From Cupriavidus necator (GTDB lineage Bacteria; Pseudomonadota; Gammaproteobacteria; Burkholderiales; Burkholderiaceae): a stretch of DNA of 32,000 bases. This document shows, piece by piece, positions 15,439-25,559 of the stretch (the first letter of the stretch is position 1; each line of letters starts with the position of its first letter). The notes beneath the pieces are model-generated. The model saw only the letters and a program-made list of their open reading frames with translations, did not search any database and was not told where the DNA came from. The stretch covers positions 60,001 through 92,000 of the forward strand of contig NZ_CP066018.1 in NCBI RefSeq assembly GCF_016127575.1, written 5' to 3'. The position numbers and the translations under genes are program-made.

Positions 15439-17127
15439 ATGGATCAGCAACAGCTCCTGGAGCAGTTCGGCCCGCGCGAAGCCATGGAATACGATGTGGT
15501 CATCGTCGGCGGCGGCCCCGCCGGCCTGGCCACCGCCATCCGCCTGAAGCAACTCGCGCAGGAGAAAGGCGCCGACGTCAACGTGTGCGTGCTGGAAAAG
15601 GGCTCCGAGCCCGGCGCCCACATCCTGTCGGGCGCCATCATGGACCCGCGCGCCCTCAATGAACTGATCCCGAACTGGAAGGAACTGGGCGCGCCGCTGA
15701 ACCAGGCCGTCACCGAAGACAAGTTCCTGTTCCTGAACGAGTCCGGCTCCAAGGGCACGCCTCCGGCCCTGCTGCCAGAGTGCTTCCACAACGAAGGCAA
15801 CTACATCATCAGCCTGTCGAACTTCGTGCGCTGGCTGGGCCAGCAGGCCGAGGCGCTGGGCATTGAGATCTTCCCGGGCTTCCCCGCCGCCGAAGTGCTC
15901 TACAACGAAGACGGCTCGGTCATGGGCGTGGCCACCGGGAATATGGGCATCAACAAGGAAGGCGAGCCCACCGACAACTTCCAGCTGGGCATGGAACTGC
16001 ATGCCAAGTACACCATCTTCGCCGAAGGCGCGCGCGGCCACCTGGGCAAGCAACTGATCGAGAAATTCAAGCTCGATGCCGGCAAGGATCCGCAGAGCTA
16101 CGGCATCGGCCTGAAGGAACTGTGGGAGATCGACCCGGCCAAGCACAAGCCAGGCCTGGTGGTGCACACCGCCGGCTGGCCGCTCGACCCCGCCACCTAC
16201 GGTGGCTCGTTCCTGTACCACATGGAAGACAACAAGGTCGCGGTCGGCTTTGTGGTCGGCCTGGACTACACTAACCCGTGGCTGTCTCCGTTCGAGGAAT
16301 TCCAGCGCTTCAAGACGCATCCGGAAATCCGCCAGTACTTCGAGGGCGGCAAGCGCCTCTCCTACGGTGCCCGCGCCATCACCGCCGGTGGCCTGCTGTC
16401 GCTGCCCAAGACCGTGTTCCCGGGCGGCGCGCTGGTCGGCTGCGACGCCGGCTACCTGAACGCCTCGCGCATCAAGGGCAGCCACGCCGCCATCAAGACC
16501 GGCATGCTAGCCGCCGAGGCCGTCTATGACGCGCTGCAGGCCGGCCGCCAGCACGATGAGCTGGCCGCCTACCCGACCGCGTTCGAGCAGAGCTGGCTGC
16601 ACAAGGAACTGCTGCAGGCCAAGAACTTCAAGCAGTGGTTCAAGAAGGGCCGCACCACCGCCACGCTGATGACCGGCATCGAGCAATGGCTGCTGCCCAA
16701 GCTAGGCATCCGCAACCCGCCATGGACCATCCACCGCGTGAAGCCGGACCATGTGTACCTGAAGCCCGCGGCCGAGTGCCAGAAGATCGAGTATCCGAAG
16801 CCGGACGGCAAGCTGACCTTCGACCGCCTGAGCTCGGTGTTCATCAGCAACACCAACCACGAAGAGAACCAGCCGGCGCACCTGACGCTCAAGGACGCCA
16901 GCGTTCCGGTCAACATCAACTGGGACAGGTACGCCGGCCCCGAGTCGCGCTACTGCCCGGCAGGTGTGTATGAGTTCGTGCAGGACGAGACGTCGGGCAA
17001 GGAACGTCTGCAGATCAATGCGCAGAACTGCGTTCACTGCAAGACCTGCGACATCAAGGATCCGACCCAGAACATCGTCTGGGTGACGCCGGAAGGCGGC
17101 GGCGGTCCGAACTACGTCGGGATGTAA
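15439..17127 (+). CDS. Electron-transfer flavoprotein:ubiquinone oxidoreductase (ETF-QO)
   Basis: 562 aa with FAD motif YDVVIVGGGPAGL and a C-terminal 4Fe-4S region CPAGVYEF...NCVHCKTCDIKDP. Confidence 0.95.
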   Translation: MDQQQLLEQFGPREAMEYDVVIVGGGPAGLATAIRLKQLAQEKGADVNVCVLEKGSEPGAHILSGAIMDPRALNELIPNWKELGAPLNQAVTEDKFLFLNESGSKGTPPALLPECFHNEGNYIISLSNFVRWLGQQAEALGIEIFPGFPAAEVLYNEDGSVMGVATGNMGINKEGEPTDNFQLGMELHAKYTIFAEGARGHLGKQLIEKFKLDAGKDPQSYGIGLKELWEIDPAKHKPGLVVHTAGWPLDPATYGGSFLYHMEDNKVAVGFVVGLDYTNPWLSPFEEFQRFKTHPEIRQYFEGGKRLSYGARAITAGGLLSLPKTVFPGGALVGCDAGYLNASRIKGSHAAIKTGMLAAEAVYDALQAGRQHDELAAYPTAFEQSWLHKELLQAKNFKQWFKKGRTTATLMTGIEQWLLPKLGIRNPPWTIHRVKPDHVYLKPAAECQKIEYPKPDGKLTFDRLSSVFISNTNHEENQPAHLTLKDASVPVNINWDRYAGPESRYCPAGVYEFVQDETSGKERLQINAQNCVHCKTCDIKDPTQNIVWVTPEGGGGPNYVGM

Positions 17128-17147
17128 GCCTGCCGCGCCAGCGGCAG

Positions 17148-17184
17148 AAAAAACGGCACCGGAAACCCGGTGCCGTTTTTCTTT
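17148..17184. terminator. Bidirectional intrinsic terminator shared by ETF-QO (+) and lif (-)
   Basis: AAAAAA-CGGCACCGG-AAAC-CCGGTGCCG-TTTTTCTTT. It has a 9-bp stem and lies between convergent stops at 17127 and 17201. Confidence 0.8.
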
Positions 17185-17200
17185 GGGCGATGCAGCGCGG

Positions 17201-18250
17201 CTATCGTGCCTGCCGCCGCGCGGCCATCGCCTTGTCGACCACCTCGGCCTGCAGCGCCTCGGCGGGATTGCCGAAGGCCTGGCTGCGCAGCGCATCCAGC
17301 TGCTGCCGGCGGTCCTGCTCCGACAACCCCGGGAATGACTCGATCTGCTCGCGGCGCGCGGCGTAGTCGTCGTAGCGCTGCCGCCAGGCCTGCCCGGCTT
17401 GCGCCTGCTGCTGGTAGCGCTGCGCCACCTCGGCACCGTAGGCCTGCGCCAACGCCGCACCGATGTCCTGCGCACTGCGGCCGGCGGCCTGCATGCCGGC
17501 GATGGTGTCGCTGATCGCCTGCGGACGCGCGCTGGCCTCCCGTGCCGCACGCAGTGGCTCGGGCAGCGTGGCTTCGAGTTCGGCCAGCCGCTGCCGCCGC
17601 TGCGCGTCATCCAGGCCGGATTGTGCCGCGATGTCCAGCCGCGCCAGCATGGCATCGTCATACACCTGCTCGTCGCCGAACCAGATTGCCGCCACCTCCG
17701 GCAGCAGGTGCTGCCGCGCGCCGTTACGCCCGGCCTGCAGCGCGCGCAACTGCTGCACTTGTGCCGCATCCAGCGTGCCGTTCGTATCCGCCCGCGGCTT
17801 GCGCGCGGCCAGCGCTTGAATCTCGGCAAGATAAGCCAGGTAGCGCTGCCACAGCTGCCACGCCTGCCCTGCCGCGGGCTGCGGCACGCGGCGGCGGATA
17901 TCGTCGTACACCAGCCGGTCCAGCGCGTCGGCGCCGCCGGCGTCGTGGCGGGCGCTGAGGAAGTAGTCGAAGTAGGTGCGCAGCGCGCGCGTCAGGCGCA
18001 GGTTGCCTTGCGCGTCGAGTTCGGGGCCCGCGGGCACGTCGACGCCGGACAGCGATGGCAAGGCAGCCACGCCGGCGGGTCCGGCGTCAGCCGATGTCGC
18101 CGAAGGACTCGCAGCGGTGGTGATCGCTGCCGGGCGCTGCGGCACGGCAACCGGGCCAGACGGCATCGTCAGCCAGTACACCGCGGCCGCCGCCGCGCCG
18201 GCCGGCAGCAAGGCCAGCCAGGGCCGCGGCGAGCGCTCAGAGCTGGTCAT
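17201..18250 (-). CDS. lif: Lipase-specific foldase (Lif, lipase chaperone)
   Basis: 349 aa with an N-terminal membrane anchor (WLALLPAGAAAAAVYWL) and the Lif signature RxxFDYFLSA (RTYFDYFLSA). It is Ala/Gln/Arg-rich and helical. It overlaps the lipase stop by 14 nt. Confidence 0.9.
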   Translation of the reverse strand: MTSSERSPRPWLALLPAGAAAAAVYWLTMPSGPVAVPQRPAAITTAASPSATSADAGPAGVAALPSLSGVDVPAGPELDAQGNLRLTRALRTYFDYFLSARHDAGGADALDRLVYDDIRRRVPQPAAGQAWQLWQRYLAYLAEIQALAARKPRADTNGTLDAAQVQQLRALQAGRNGARQHLLPEVAAIWFGDEQVYDDAMLARLDIAAQSGLDDAQRRQRLAELEATLPEPLRAAREASARPQAISDTIAGMQAAGRSAQDIGAALAQAYGAEVAQRYQQQAQAGQAWRQRYDDYAARREQIESFPGLSEQDRRQQLDALRSQAFGNPAEALQAEVVDKAMAARRQAR

Positions 18251-19346
18251 TGCGCAGCCGGTTGGCGTGGCTGAGAATGACCGTGCGCGGATCGACGTCC
18301 TGGTACAGGCCGGCCATCTGGTTCACCTCGTCGAGATGGTTCCAGTAGTAGCCCGTGGCCAGCACCCGGCCCCACTTGCTGCTGCAGACCGAGACCAGCC
18401 CGTCATTGGGGCCGGCGCCCTTCAGGTCCATCAGCCCGGCCGACGCCGACATCATCACCGTGGTCGGATCCAGCAGGTTGGAGCGCAGCAGGCTGAACGG
18501 CCCACCCTGCCCGGTCCAGGAATACGCGGCCTGGGTATGGGTGACGAAGTTGCCCGCGGCATCGCGCGCCTGCCGTTGCTCGGACACCGCGCCAGCAGTA
18601 TTGCAATCCGGCCCCAGTGCCGATTTCGTGCCGGGCACCAGCGTGGCATCGAGGCGCGCATTCTGCTCGGCGGCGCCACGCGTGGTCAGGATCTTGAGCG
18701 AGGCCAGCGCATCCTGGTCCAGCGCCTGCCCGTTGCCGATGCCGTTGAACCAGCCCACTGTATCGAGCACGCCCTGGATGATGCCGACGAGTACCGGCCC
18801 GGCGATCGGAATACTGTTGACGCCATTGATCAGGTCCAGCACGGTGTCGGCCACTTCGCTGCCGCGATGCGGGCTGCCGATGGTGGTGACCGAGGCCACG
18901 TCCTGCGGCGACATCGCCGCCAGCATGCGCGAGGTCGGCCCGCCCTGGCTGTGGCCGATCAGGTTGACCTTGTCTGCGCCGCTTTCCAGCTTGACCGCGC
19001 GCACATAGGCCTGCAGCGCCAGGGCGCGCTCTTCGTCGCTGTTGAACGACGGCACCGTGGCCACATAGACTTGCGCGCCGTTGGCCCGCAGCACTTCGGG
19101 GATGCCATACCAGTAGTCGAGCACACCACCCATCCTGGCCGCGCCGGTCAGTCCGTGGACCAGCACGATCGGGTAACGCGTCTTCGCGTAGTCGCCGCTC
19201 GCGGCCAGGGCTGGTGCTGGCTGCGCCAGCATGGCCGCTGCGACCAGCGTGGCTGTGCCTGCGAGCCTGCGCAAGGCCTTGCCGGCCTTCTGCTCGCGTA
19301 GCGCGGGCGTGCGTCGTCCGCACGCGTGGTGTCCGCTGTGCTCCAT
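18237..19346 (-). CDS. lipA: Secreted triacylglycerol lipase, family I.2 (Burkholderia type)
   Basis: 369 aa with a long signal peptide ending APALAASG. Motifs: YPIVLVHGL, nucleophile elbow GHSQGG, two Cys (GPDCNT, VSVCSS) and a C-terminal NHLDEVNQ His region. GAGGAG precedes the ATG. Confidence 0.92.
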   Translation of the reverse strand: MEHSGHHACGRRTPALREQKAGKALRRLAGTATLVAAAMLAQPAPALAASGDYAKTRYPIVLVHGLTGAARMGGVLDYWYGIPEVLRANGAQVYVATVPSFNSDEERALALQAYVRAVKLESGADKVNLIGHSQGGPTSRMLAAMSPQDVASVTTIGSPHRGSEVADTVLDLINGVNSIPIAGPVLVGIIQGVLDTVGWFNGIGNGQALDQDALASLKILTTRGAAEQNARLDATLVPGTKSALGPDCNTAGAVSEQRQARDAAGNFVTHTQAAYSWTGQGGPFSLLRSNLLDPTTVMMSASAGLMDLKGAGPNDGLVSVCSSKWGRVLATGYYWNHLDEVNQMAGLYQDVDPRTVILSHANRLRNDQL

Positions 19347-19435
19347 CTTGTCTCCTCGGTGGTGGGTCTTTTTATGTTGGAAGCAGTAAAGACTGGCCGC
19401 CCCGACGAGACAATCAAAACATTAGCGGATTCCCT

Positions 19436-20323
19436 CTAAACGGCCGCTACAGCCGCGGGCTGCAAGGGCATGCGGGTGCTGGAAAGCAGCTGTTCGTAGA
19501 TGTAGCACTGCAGCAGCGTCAGCTCGCGCTCGGCCAGCACGTCGAAGGCCACGCCGAAGGCCGGAAAGTCGGCATCGTCGCTGGCCGCGCCGGGGGGCGC
19601 GAGGCGGATCCAGCCATCGATGGTGACCTCGCTGTCCAGTGACGCCGTGCGCATCTTGAAGCGCAGCCGCACGCGGCTGCCCGGCGCCGGCGCCGGCGCG
19701 GTGGTCTGCACCAGCGCGCCACCGGTGCTGAGGTCGGACAGCAGCGCCAGCCGCGCCGTGCCGGTGTCGATGTCGTCGTCATCGCCGGGCTCGGTCAGGT
19801 AGGCGGCCAGCCGGGTTGGCACGCGTGCAGCCTTGCGTACCGGCATTGCGTGCTTCTGCACCGGCGCCGACAGCACCAGGTAGCGAAACGGGCTGCGGCA
19901 CACGGCGGTGATGGTCGAGGTGAAGCTGTGGATGGCGTGTCCGGAGAAGCCGCGCAGCAGCACGGCATCGCCCGCCTGCAGCGGCAGGTCGCGCCCGCCG
20001 AGCTGCGGCCAGGTGACAAACAGGCCCTGCTCGATAAAACCGATCAGGCGGCTGGCGGCCGGGCGCGCGGCCTCGCCCTCATGCTTGACATGCAGCAGCG
20101 TGCCGACCTGCAGGCCAAGCGGCCCGGTGGCCGGACGCAGTTCGTCATCGGCATCGTCGTGGCCATCTTCGCGACAGACCACGCCATGGCGGAACACCAG
20201 CGCCAGGTCGCGTTCATCGGGAATGACACTGCCGCTGCCGAGCACCAGGTTGCCCTCGCCATCGAGCAATGACCAGGGCAGCGGGTATCCGACGGGAAGA
20301 TCGTTAGGTGTGAGCTGGATCAT
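19436..20323 (-). CDS. PilZ-domain c-di-GMP receptor (YcgR-like, PilZN + PilZ)
   Basis: 295 aa with PilZ motifs RxxxR (RKAAR) and D-x-S-x-x-G (DLSTGG). There is a YcgR-N-like segment upstream. No good SD is visible. Confidence 0.8.
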   Translation of the reverse strand: MIQLTPNDLPVGYPLPWSLLDGEGNLVLGSGSVIPDERDLALVFRHGVVCREDGHDDADDELRPATGPLGLQVGTLLHVKHEGEAARPAASRLIGFIEQGLFVTWPQLGGRDLPLQAGDAVLLRGFSGHAIHSFTSTITAVCRSPFRYLVLSAPVQKHAMPVRKAARVPTRLAAYLTEPGDDDDIDTGTARLALLSDLSTGGALVQTTAPAPAPGSRVRLRFKMRTASLDSEVTIDGWIRLAPPGAASDDADFPAFGVAFDVLAERELTLLQCYIYEQLLSSTRMPLQPAAVAAV

Positions 20324-20531
20324 GGCTGTTCGCAGTAGGCCCCGGCATTAGATGGGGGCATGGCAAGCCTTGGGCGGAGCCGACGCGCAGGATCCGCCAC
20401 CTGTATCAGACTTCTATCGGCGCCGGAGCGGCGAAATTAAGCCCTCGGCGATTGACCAGAGTCGCATGTGTAGCATTCACTCCCTACGGAGACCTTGACG
20501 CCTCGCAAAGTTAGGCCGAAAATCAACAAAA

Positions 20532-20544
20532 GCTGTCTGACAGC
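20532..20544. promoter_or_regulatory. Candidate GntR operator GCTGTC-T-GACAGC
   Basis: A perfect 6+1+6 palindrome with the GT-N-AC core typical of GntR/FadR-type sites. It lies 17 nt upstream of the GntR ATG, and CTGACA repeats immediately after it. Confidence 0.5.
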
Positions 20545-20560
20545 CTGACATATCAAAACC

Positions 20561-21274
20561 ATGACCATCCTGCCCCGCCCGGCCTCGCTCGCCAGCCGCA
20601 TCGCCCAGACCCTGCACGACGACATCCTCGCCGGCCGCTACGGCGCGGGCGCGCGCCTGCCGGCCGAGGCCAGCCTGGCCGATAACTTCGGCGTGAGCCG
20701 GCCGATCGTGCGCGAGGCCATCGCCCAGCTGAAGGCCGATGGCGTGCTGGTGACGCGCAAGGGCTCGGGCGCTTATGTGTCGGAGACCCCGGGCGGCAAG
20801 GCCTGGCGCGTGGCCAGCGCGCCCGACGGCGGCCCGACGCTGGCGCAGCTGTTCGAACTGCGCCGGGTAGTGGAAACCGCCTGCGCCGAAATGGCCGCGC
20901 AGCGGCGCACGGATGCCGATATCGATGCCATCCGCGGCGCACTGGCGGCGATGCAGGCACAGGCCGACGGCCAGGGCGACATGGCCAGCGCGGCGGCGGC
21001 CGACATGGCCTTCCACCATGCCATTGCCGAAGCCGCGCACAACCCCTGCTTTACCGGCCTGACCGATTTCGTCAGCCAGCAGATGCTGGCCGCGCGCCAG
21101 CGCGCCTGGGAGAACACCGCGCGGCTGAGTGTGACGACTGGCGCGCCGCGCGCCGCCGACCAGGAACATGCGGCGCTGGCCGAAGCGATTGCCGCCGGCG
21201 ATGCCACGGCCGCCCGCAGTGCCGCGCAACAGCACCTTGCGGCCGCCGCCGCCCGCCTCGGCCTGACGGCCTGA
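20561..21274 (+). CDS. GntR-family regulator, FadR/FCD subfamily
   Basis: 237 aa. The winged HTH reads [42 protein letters not shown] helical FCD-type C-domain follows. Confidence 0.88.
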   Translation: MTILPRPASLASRIAQTLHDDILAGRYGAGARLPAEASLADNFGVSRPIVREAIAQLKADGVLVTRKGSGAYVSETPGGKAWRVASAPDGGPTLAQLFELRRVVETACAEMAAQRRTDADIDAIRGALAAMQAQADGQGDMASAAAADMAFHHAIAEAAHNPCFTGLTDFVSQQMLAARQRAWENTARLSVTTGAPRAADQEHAALAEAIAAGDATAARSAAQQHLAAAAARLGLTA

Positions 21275-21311
21275 GCCTCCGAACACACAGACTTTGAAGC
21301 AAGGAACAACC

Positions 21312-22418
21312 ATGGAAACAGTGGATTGCGTCGTCATCGGCGCCGGCGTGGTGGGACTGGCGGTGGCGCGCGCACTCGCGCTGCAGGGTCGCGAAGTGAT
21401 CATCCTGGAAACCGAGAACGCCTTCGGCACCATCACCAGCGCGCGCAACAGCGAGGTCATCCACGCCGGCATCTACTATCCGGCCGGCTCGCTCAAGGCA
21501 CAGCTGTGCGTGCGCGGCAAGGCCATGCTGTACGACTACTGCGCCAGTCACCACGTGGCGCACCAGCGCTGCGGCAAGCTGATCGTGGCCACCAGCGAGG
21601 CCCAGGTGGCAACGCTCGAAGGCATCCGCGCCAAGGCGGCGGCCAACGGCGTGGACGACCTGCGCCTTGTCAGCCGCGCCGAGGCGCAGGCGCTGGAGCC
21701 GCAACTGCAGTGCCATGCCGCGCTGCTGTCGCCGTCGACCGGCATTGTCGACAGCCATGGCCTGATGACCGCGCTGCTGGGCGACGCGGAAAACGCCGGG
21801 GCGATGCTGGCGGTGCAGTCGCCGGTGCTGGGCGGCGCGGTGACGGCGGACGGCATCCGGCTGGAGATCGGCAGCGAGGATGGCAGCGCCACCACGCTGC
21901 TGGCGCGCACGGTGGTGAACTCGGCCGGGCTGACCGCGCCGGAACTGGCGCGCCGCATCGACGGCATGCCCGAGACCCATATCCCGCCGCAGTACTACGC
22001 CAAGGGCTGCTATTTCACGCTGGCCGGGCGCGCGCCGTTCTCACGGCTGATCTACCCGGTGCCCGAGGCGGCCGGGCTGGGCGTGCACCTGACCATCGAC
22101 CTGGGCGGCCAGGCGCGCTTCGGCCCCAATGTGCGCTGGATCGACGAGATCGAATACGGCGTGGACCCGGCCGACGCCGACGGTTTCTATGACGAAGTGC
22201 GCCGCTACTGGCCGGGGCTGGCCGACGGCGCGCTGCAACCCGGCTATGCCGGCATCCGCCCCAAGATCAGTGGGCCGCACGAGGTTGCCGCGGACTTCCG
22301 CATCGACGGCCCCGCCGTGCATGGCGTGCCGGGGCTGGTTCACCTGTTCGGCATCGAGTCGCCAGGGCTGACCTCGTCGCTGGCGATCGCCGAGCGGGTC
22401 TGCGCGGCGCTGGCCTGA
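21312..22418 (+). CDS. FAD-dependent oxidoreductase, L-2-hydroxyglutarate oxidase/dehydrogenase-like (LhgO family)
   Basis: The ATG at 21312 is preceded by AAGGAA and gives 368 aa. It has [13 protein letters not shown]. The segments [25 protein letters not shown] and [13 protein letters not shown] closely resemble E. coli LhgO as I recall it (NSGVIHAGVYYTPGSLKAQFC, CGKMLVATS). Confidence 0.8.
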   Translation: METVDCVVIGAGVVGLAVARALALQGREVIILETENAFGTITSARNSEVIHAGIYYPAGSLKAQLCVRGKAMLYDYCASHHVAHQRCGKLIVATSEAQVATLEGIRAKAAANGVDDLRLVSRAEAQALEPQLQCHAALLSPSTGIVDSHGLMTALLGDAENAGAMLAVQSPVLGGAVTADGIRLEIGSEDGSATTLLARTVVNSAGLTAPELARRIDGMPETHIPPQYYAKGCYFTLAGRAPFSRLIYPVPEAAGLGVHLTIDLGGQARFGPNVRWIDEIEYGVDPADADGFYDEVRRYWPGLADGALQPGYAGIRPKISGPHEVAADFRIDGPAVHGVPGLVHLFGIESPGLTSSLAIAERVCAALA

Positions 22419-23614
22419 GCGGCGCCATCGCCTTCCGCGCGGAAGCTCATCACCGCACAGAACGCGCCGGCCGCCGCGGCAATGGCGGCCAGCCCGAAGG
22501 TATGCTCGGGCGCCAGCGCGTTCCAGGTCCAGCCCATCGCCAGCCCGCCCAGCGTGCCGCCGACGCCGTAGGAAATGCCCGTGTACAGCGCCTGCCCGCG
22601 CCCCTGCAGCGGCCCGGCAAACCATGCCTGCAACCGCTTCAGGCTGGCGCTGTGGTGCGCGGCAAAAGTGGCCGCGTGCAGCACCTGTACCAGCGCCATG
22701 AGCCAGGCAAACTGGGCAAGGTAGCCGGTCAGGCCGAAGCGCAGCGCCGCCAGCACGAAGGTGCCGGCCAGGATCGTGCGCAGCGCATAGCGCGCGAACA
22801 GCAGGCCCTGGTAGTAGAAGAAAACGATCTCGGCGACCACGCCGATGGTCCACATCACGCCAATGGCGAACTTGCTGTAGCCCAGCTGCGCCAGCCACAG
22901 CGAATAGAACACATAGAGCGCGGCGTGCGCGAACATCATCAGGAAGGCTGACGCCAGGAACCAGGCCACGTCCGGGCGGCGCAGCAGCGGCAAGGCGCGC
23001 GGCGGCGCCGTGCGCGGGCCGTCGTCGGCGGCGTCATGCATGGTCAGCACCACGCCGGCCAGGATCGCCAGCAGCGTGCTGGCCACCCACGGGAAGGCGC
23101 GCATGCCGACCGCTTCGAACAGCGCCCCGCCGGCCAGCACCGCGCCGATAAAGCCGACCGAGCCGAACATGCGGATGCGGCCGTAGCTATGGTCGAAGGC
23201 GCCGTAGCGGCGCAGCGTGGAGATGGTCAGGGCATCGCCCAGCGGCGACATCGCGCTGGTGAGCAGGCTCAGCGTCAGCATCATCGCCATCATGCCGCCG
23301 TAGCTGCCCACACCCGGCAGCATCAGGAAGGCCAGCAACGAGGTGAACGCGCTCACGCGCAGGATGCGCACGCGCGTATGCATCACGTCGGACAGCCAGC
23401 CCCACAGGTAGGGCCCGACGATGCGGCTGACCTGGAAGCTCGCCATCAGCACGCCGATCTGCACCGGGTTGAAGCCGCGGTCGGCGAAATACAGGCTGAC
23501 GTACGGCGAGATCAGGCCGACGTAGCCGTAGTAGCCAAGATAGAAGAGCCCGAAACGGGCGTAGTCGGGGCGGCCGGCGCCGGTGGCACCGCCGCCCGCG
23601 AAAGGCGTGGCCAA
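22340..23614 (-). CDS. MFS transporter (MFS_1-like / HcaT-LacY-type)
   Basis: 424 aa with about 12 hydrophobic segments. The only candidate start is TTG at 23614, 13 nt after the aroC stop. The 3' end overlaps the convergent oxidoreductase gene by 79 nt. Confidence 0.8.
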   Translation of the reverse strand: MATPFAGGGATGAGRPDYARFGLFYLGYYGYVGLISPYVSLYFADRGFNPVQIGVLMASFQVSRIVGPYLWGWLSDVMHTRVRILRVSAFTSLLAFLMLPGVGSYGGMMAMMLTLSLLTSAMSPLGDALTISTLRRYGAFDHSYGRIRMFGSVGFIGAVLAGGALFEAVGMRAFPWVASTLLAILAGVVLTMHDAADDGPRTAPPRALPLLRRPDVAWFLASAFLMMFAHAALYVFYSLWLAQLGYSKFAIGVMWTIGVVAEIVFFYYQGLLFARYALRTILAGTFVLAALRFGLTGYLAQFAWLMALVQVLHAATFAAHHSASLKRLQAWFAGPLQGRGQALYTGISYGVGGTLGGLAMGWTWNALAPEHTFGLAAIAAAAGAFCAVMSFRAEGDGAAQASAAQTRSAIASDEVSPGDSMPNR

Positions 23615-23626
23615 CGCGAGGTCAGG

Positions 23627-24736
23627 TCAGGGGGTCTGGCCGGCCTGCGCGGGAATGCGCGGCGTATCGACCTTGACGTCGCCGCACTGGGCACGGTGGC
23701 GCAGGGCGTGGTCGATCAGCACCAGCGCCAGCATGGCCTCGGCGATCGGCGTGGCGCGGATGCCCACGCACGGGTCGTGGCGGCCGAAGGTCTCGACGGT
23801 GGCGGCATTGCCGGCCTTGTCGATCGATTCACGCGGGGTGCGGATGGAAGACGTCGGCTTGATCGCCAGCGACACGGTGACGTCCTGGCCGGTGGAGATG
23901 CCACCCAGCACGCCGCCGGAATTGTTGGTGCGGAAGCCCTCGGCGGTCAGCTCGTCGCCATGGACGCTGCCGCGCTGGGCCACGCTGTCGAAGCCGGCGC
24001 CGATCTCCACGCCCTTGACCGCGTTGATGCCCATCATGGCGTGGGCGATGTCGGCGTCGAGCCTGTCGAACAGCGGCTCGCCCAGGCCCACCGGCACGTT
24101 GCTGGCCACCACCTCGATGCGCGCGCCGACCGAGTCGCCGTCGCGGCGCAGCGCGTCCATATAGGTTTCAAGCTCGGGGATGATGTCGGCGTTGGGCGCG
24201 AAGAACGGGTTCTCCGGCACGTGCGACCAGTCCGTGAACGGCACCGCGATCTCGCCCAGCTGCGACATATAGCCCCGGATCTCGGTGCCATACTTTTCGC
24301 GCAGCCACTTCTTGGCCACCGCCCCGGCCGCCACCACCGGCGCGGTCAGGCGCGCCGACGAGCGGCCGCCGCCGCGATGGTCGCGGATGCCGTACTTCTG
24401 CCAGTAGGTGTAGTCGGCATGGCCCGGGCGGAAGGTCTCGACGATATTGCCGTAGTCCTTGCTGCGCTGGTCGGTATTGCGGATCAGCAGGCAGATCGGG
24501 GTGCCGGTGGTCTTGCCCTCGAACACGCCGGACAGGATCTCGACCTGGTCGGGTTCCTGGCGTTGCGTGACGTGGCGCGAGGTGCCGGGCCGGCGGCGGT
24601 CCAGGTCGCCCTGGATATCGGCCTCGGTCAGCGCCATGCCCGGCGGGCAGCCGTCCACCACCGCGCCGATGGCGGGCCCGTGCGATTCGCCGAAGGTGGT
24701 AACAGTGAAAAGCAGGCCAAGGGTGTTGCCGGACAT
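23627..24736 (-). CDS. aroC: Chorismate synthase
   Basis: The ATG at 24736 gives 369 aa: [33 protein letters not shown]...RPGHADYTY...GGGRSSAR...RHDPCV. Confidence 0.96.
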   Translation of the reverse strand: MSGNTLGLLFTVTTFGESHGPAIGAVVDGCPPGMALTEADIQGDLDRRRPGTSRHVTQRQEPDQVEILSGVFEGKTTGTPICLLIRNTDQRSKDYGNIVETFRPGHADYTYWQKYGIRDHRGGGRSSARLTAPVVAAGAVAKKWLREKYGTEIRGYMSQLGEIAVPFTDWSHVPENPFFAPNADIIPELETYMDALRRDGDSVGARIEVVASNVPVGLGEPLFDRLDADIAHAMMGINAVKGVEIGAGFDSVAQRGSVHGDELTAEGFRTNNSGGVLGGISTGQDVTVSLAIKPTSSIRTPRESIDKAGNAATVETFGRHDPCVGIRATPIAEAMLALVLIDHALRHRAQCGDVKVDTPRIPAQAGQTP

Positions 24737-24810
24737 GATGGAAACCGCACAGGAATTGGGGAAGGTTTCCATTGTAAGGCCAATGGCGGGCCTCGGGCGG
24801 CCCGGCAGGC

Positions 24811-25533
24811 TCAGGCGGCGGCGCTTTCCAGCGCCAGTTCGGGGTAGAACTCGGCGCGCATCCGCTCCATATAGGCCACCAGGTTGGCATGCCCCTCGGC
24901 CGCGGTGCGGATCGGAGTGTCGAATACGGGGCACAGCAGGCTGCCGGCAAAGGCAAACAGCGTGGCGTCGGCCCCGCATGGCACATTGCCCATCAGGTAG
25001 GGCTTGTCGCCCAGGATGTCGGCGATCGAGGTCACGCCCTTGCTGGCCAGCGCCACCAGGTCTTCTTCGCTATGCCGGCCCAGGCCCTGCCCCCACAGCG
25101 TCTTGCGCACCTTGTAGCGCACCAGCCGCTCGGCCAGGCCGCGCACCGGCGCCGGCACGCCGCGGAAGAACTGGGCCGGCCCCTTGTCGAAGTTGGCCTG
25201 GTCCAGCCAGCGCACCCGCGCCACCGCCCAATACAGGTGGTCTTCCATCAGCTTCTCGGCGGCCCAGGCGATACCGCGCTCGGCCGCGCTCAGGCCCGCG
25301 TCGAAGTCGATGTGGTAGGTCTTCTCGATATGCCAGCGGATCAAGGTGGAATCCGCCACGATCCGGCCCATGTCGTCCAGGTAGGGCAGCTTGCCCTTGG
25401 GCGCGCGCCGCAGGCTGCCGCGGCGCGCCTGGTAAGGCAGGCCGGCCAGCTTGAGCAGCATCTCGGCCTTGGTGACGAAGGGGCTGGCGTCGGGCAGCCC
25501 GAAGGCGGGGCCAAAGGTGTAGAGCGTGATCAT
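24811..25533 (-). CDS. Glutathione S-transferase-family protein (metaxin-like N-domain)
   Basis: The ATG at 25533 gives 240 aa: [34 protein letters not shown]...GKLPYLDD...ADSTLI. The longer ORF prefix is Arg/Gly/Ala-rich and has no support. Confidence 0.8.
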   Translation of the reverse strand: MITLYTFGPAFGLPDASPFVTKAEMLLKLAGLPYQARRGSLRRAPKGKLPYLDDMGRIVADSTLIRWHIEKTYHIDFDAGLSAAERGIAWAAEKLMEDHLYWAVARVRWLDQANFDKGPAQFFRGVPAPVRGLAERLVRYKVRKTLWGQGLGRHSEEDLVALASKGVTSIADILGDKPYLMGNVPCGADATLFAFAGSLLCPVFDTPIRTAAEGHANLVAYMERMRAEFYPELALESAAA

Positions 25534-25559
25534 CGTGGATTCGGGTTCGGCACAAGGCG

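Noticed and set aside
23036-24847. 603-aa plus-strand ORF. The same reasoning applies to 28256..29599(-), 15430..16485(-), 20477..21472(-), 21072..21980(-) and 29272..30480(-).
   Set aside because: All are antisense or out of frame relative to well-supported genes (the MFS gene and aroC, metY, ETF-QO, the GntR and LhgO-like genes, and the hydrolase). None has a recognisable motif.
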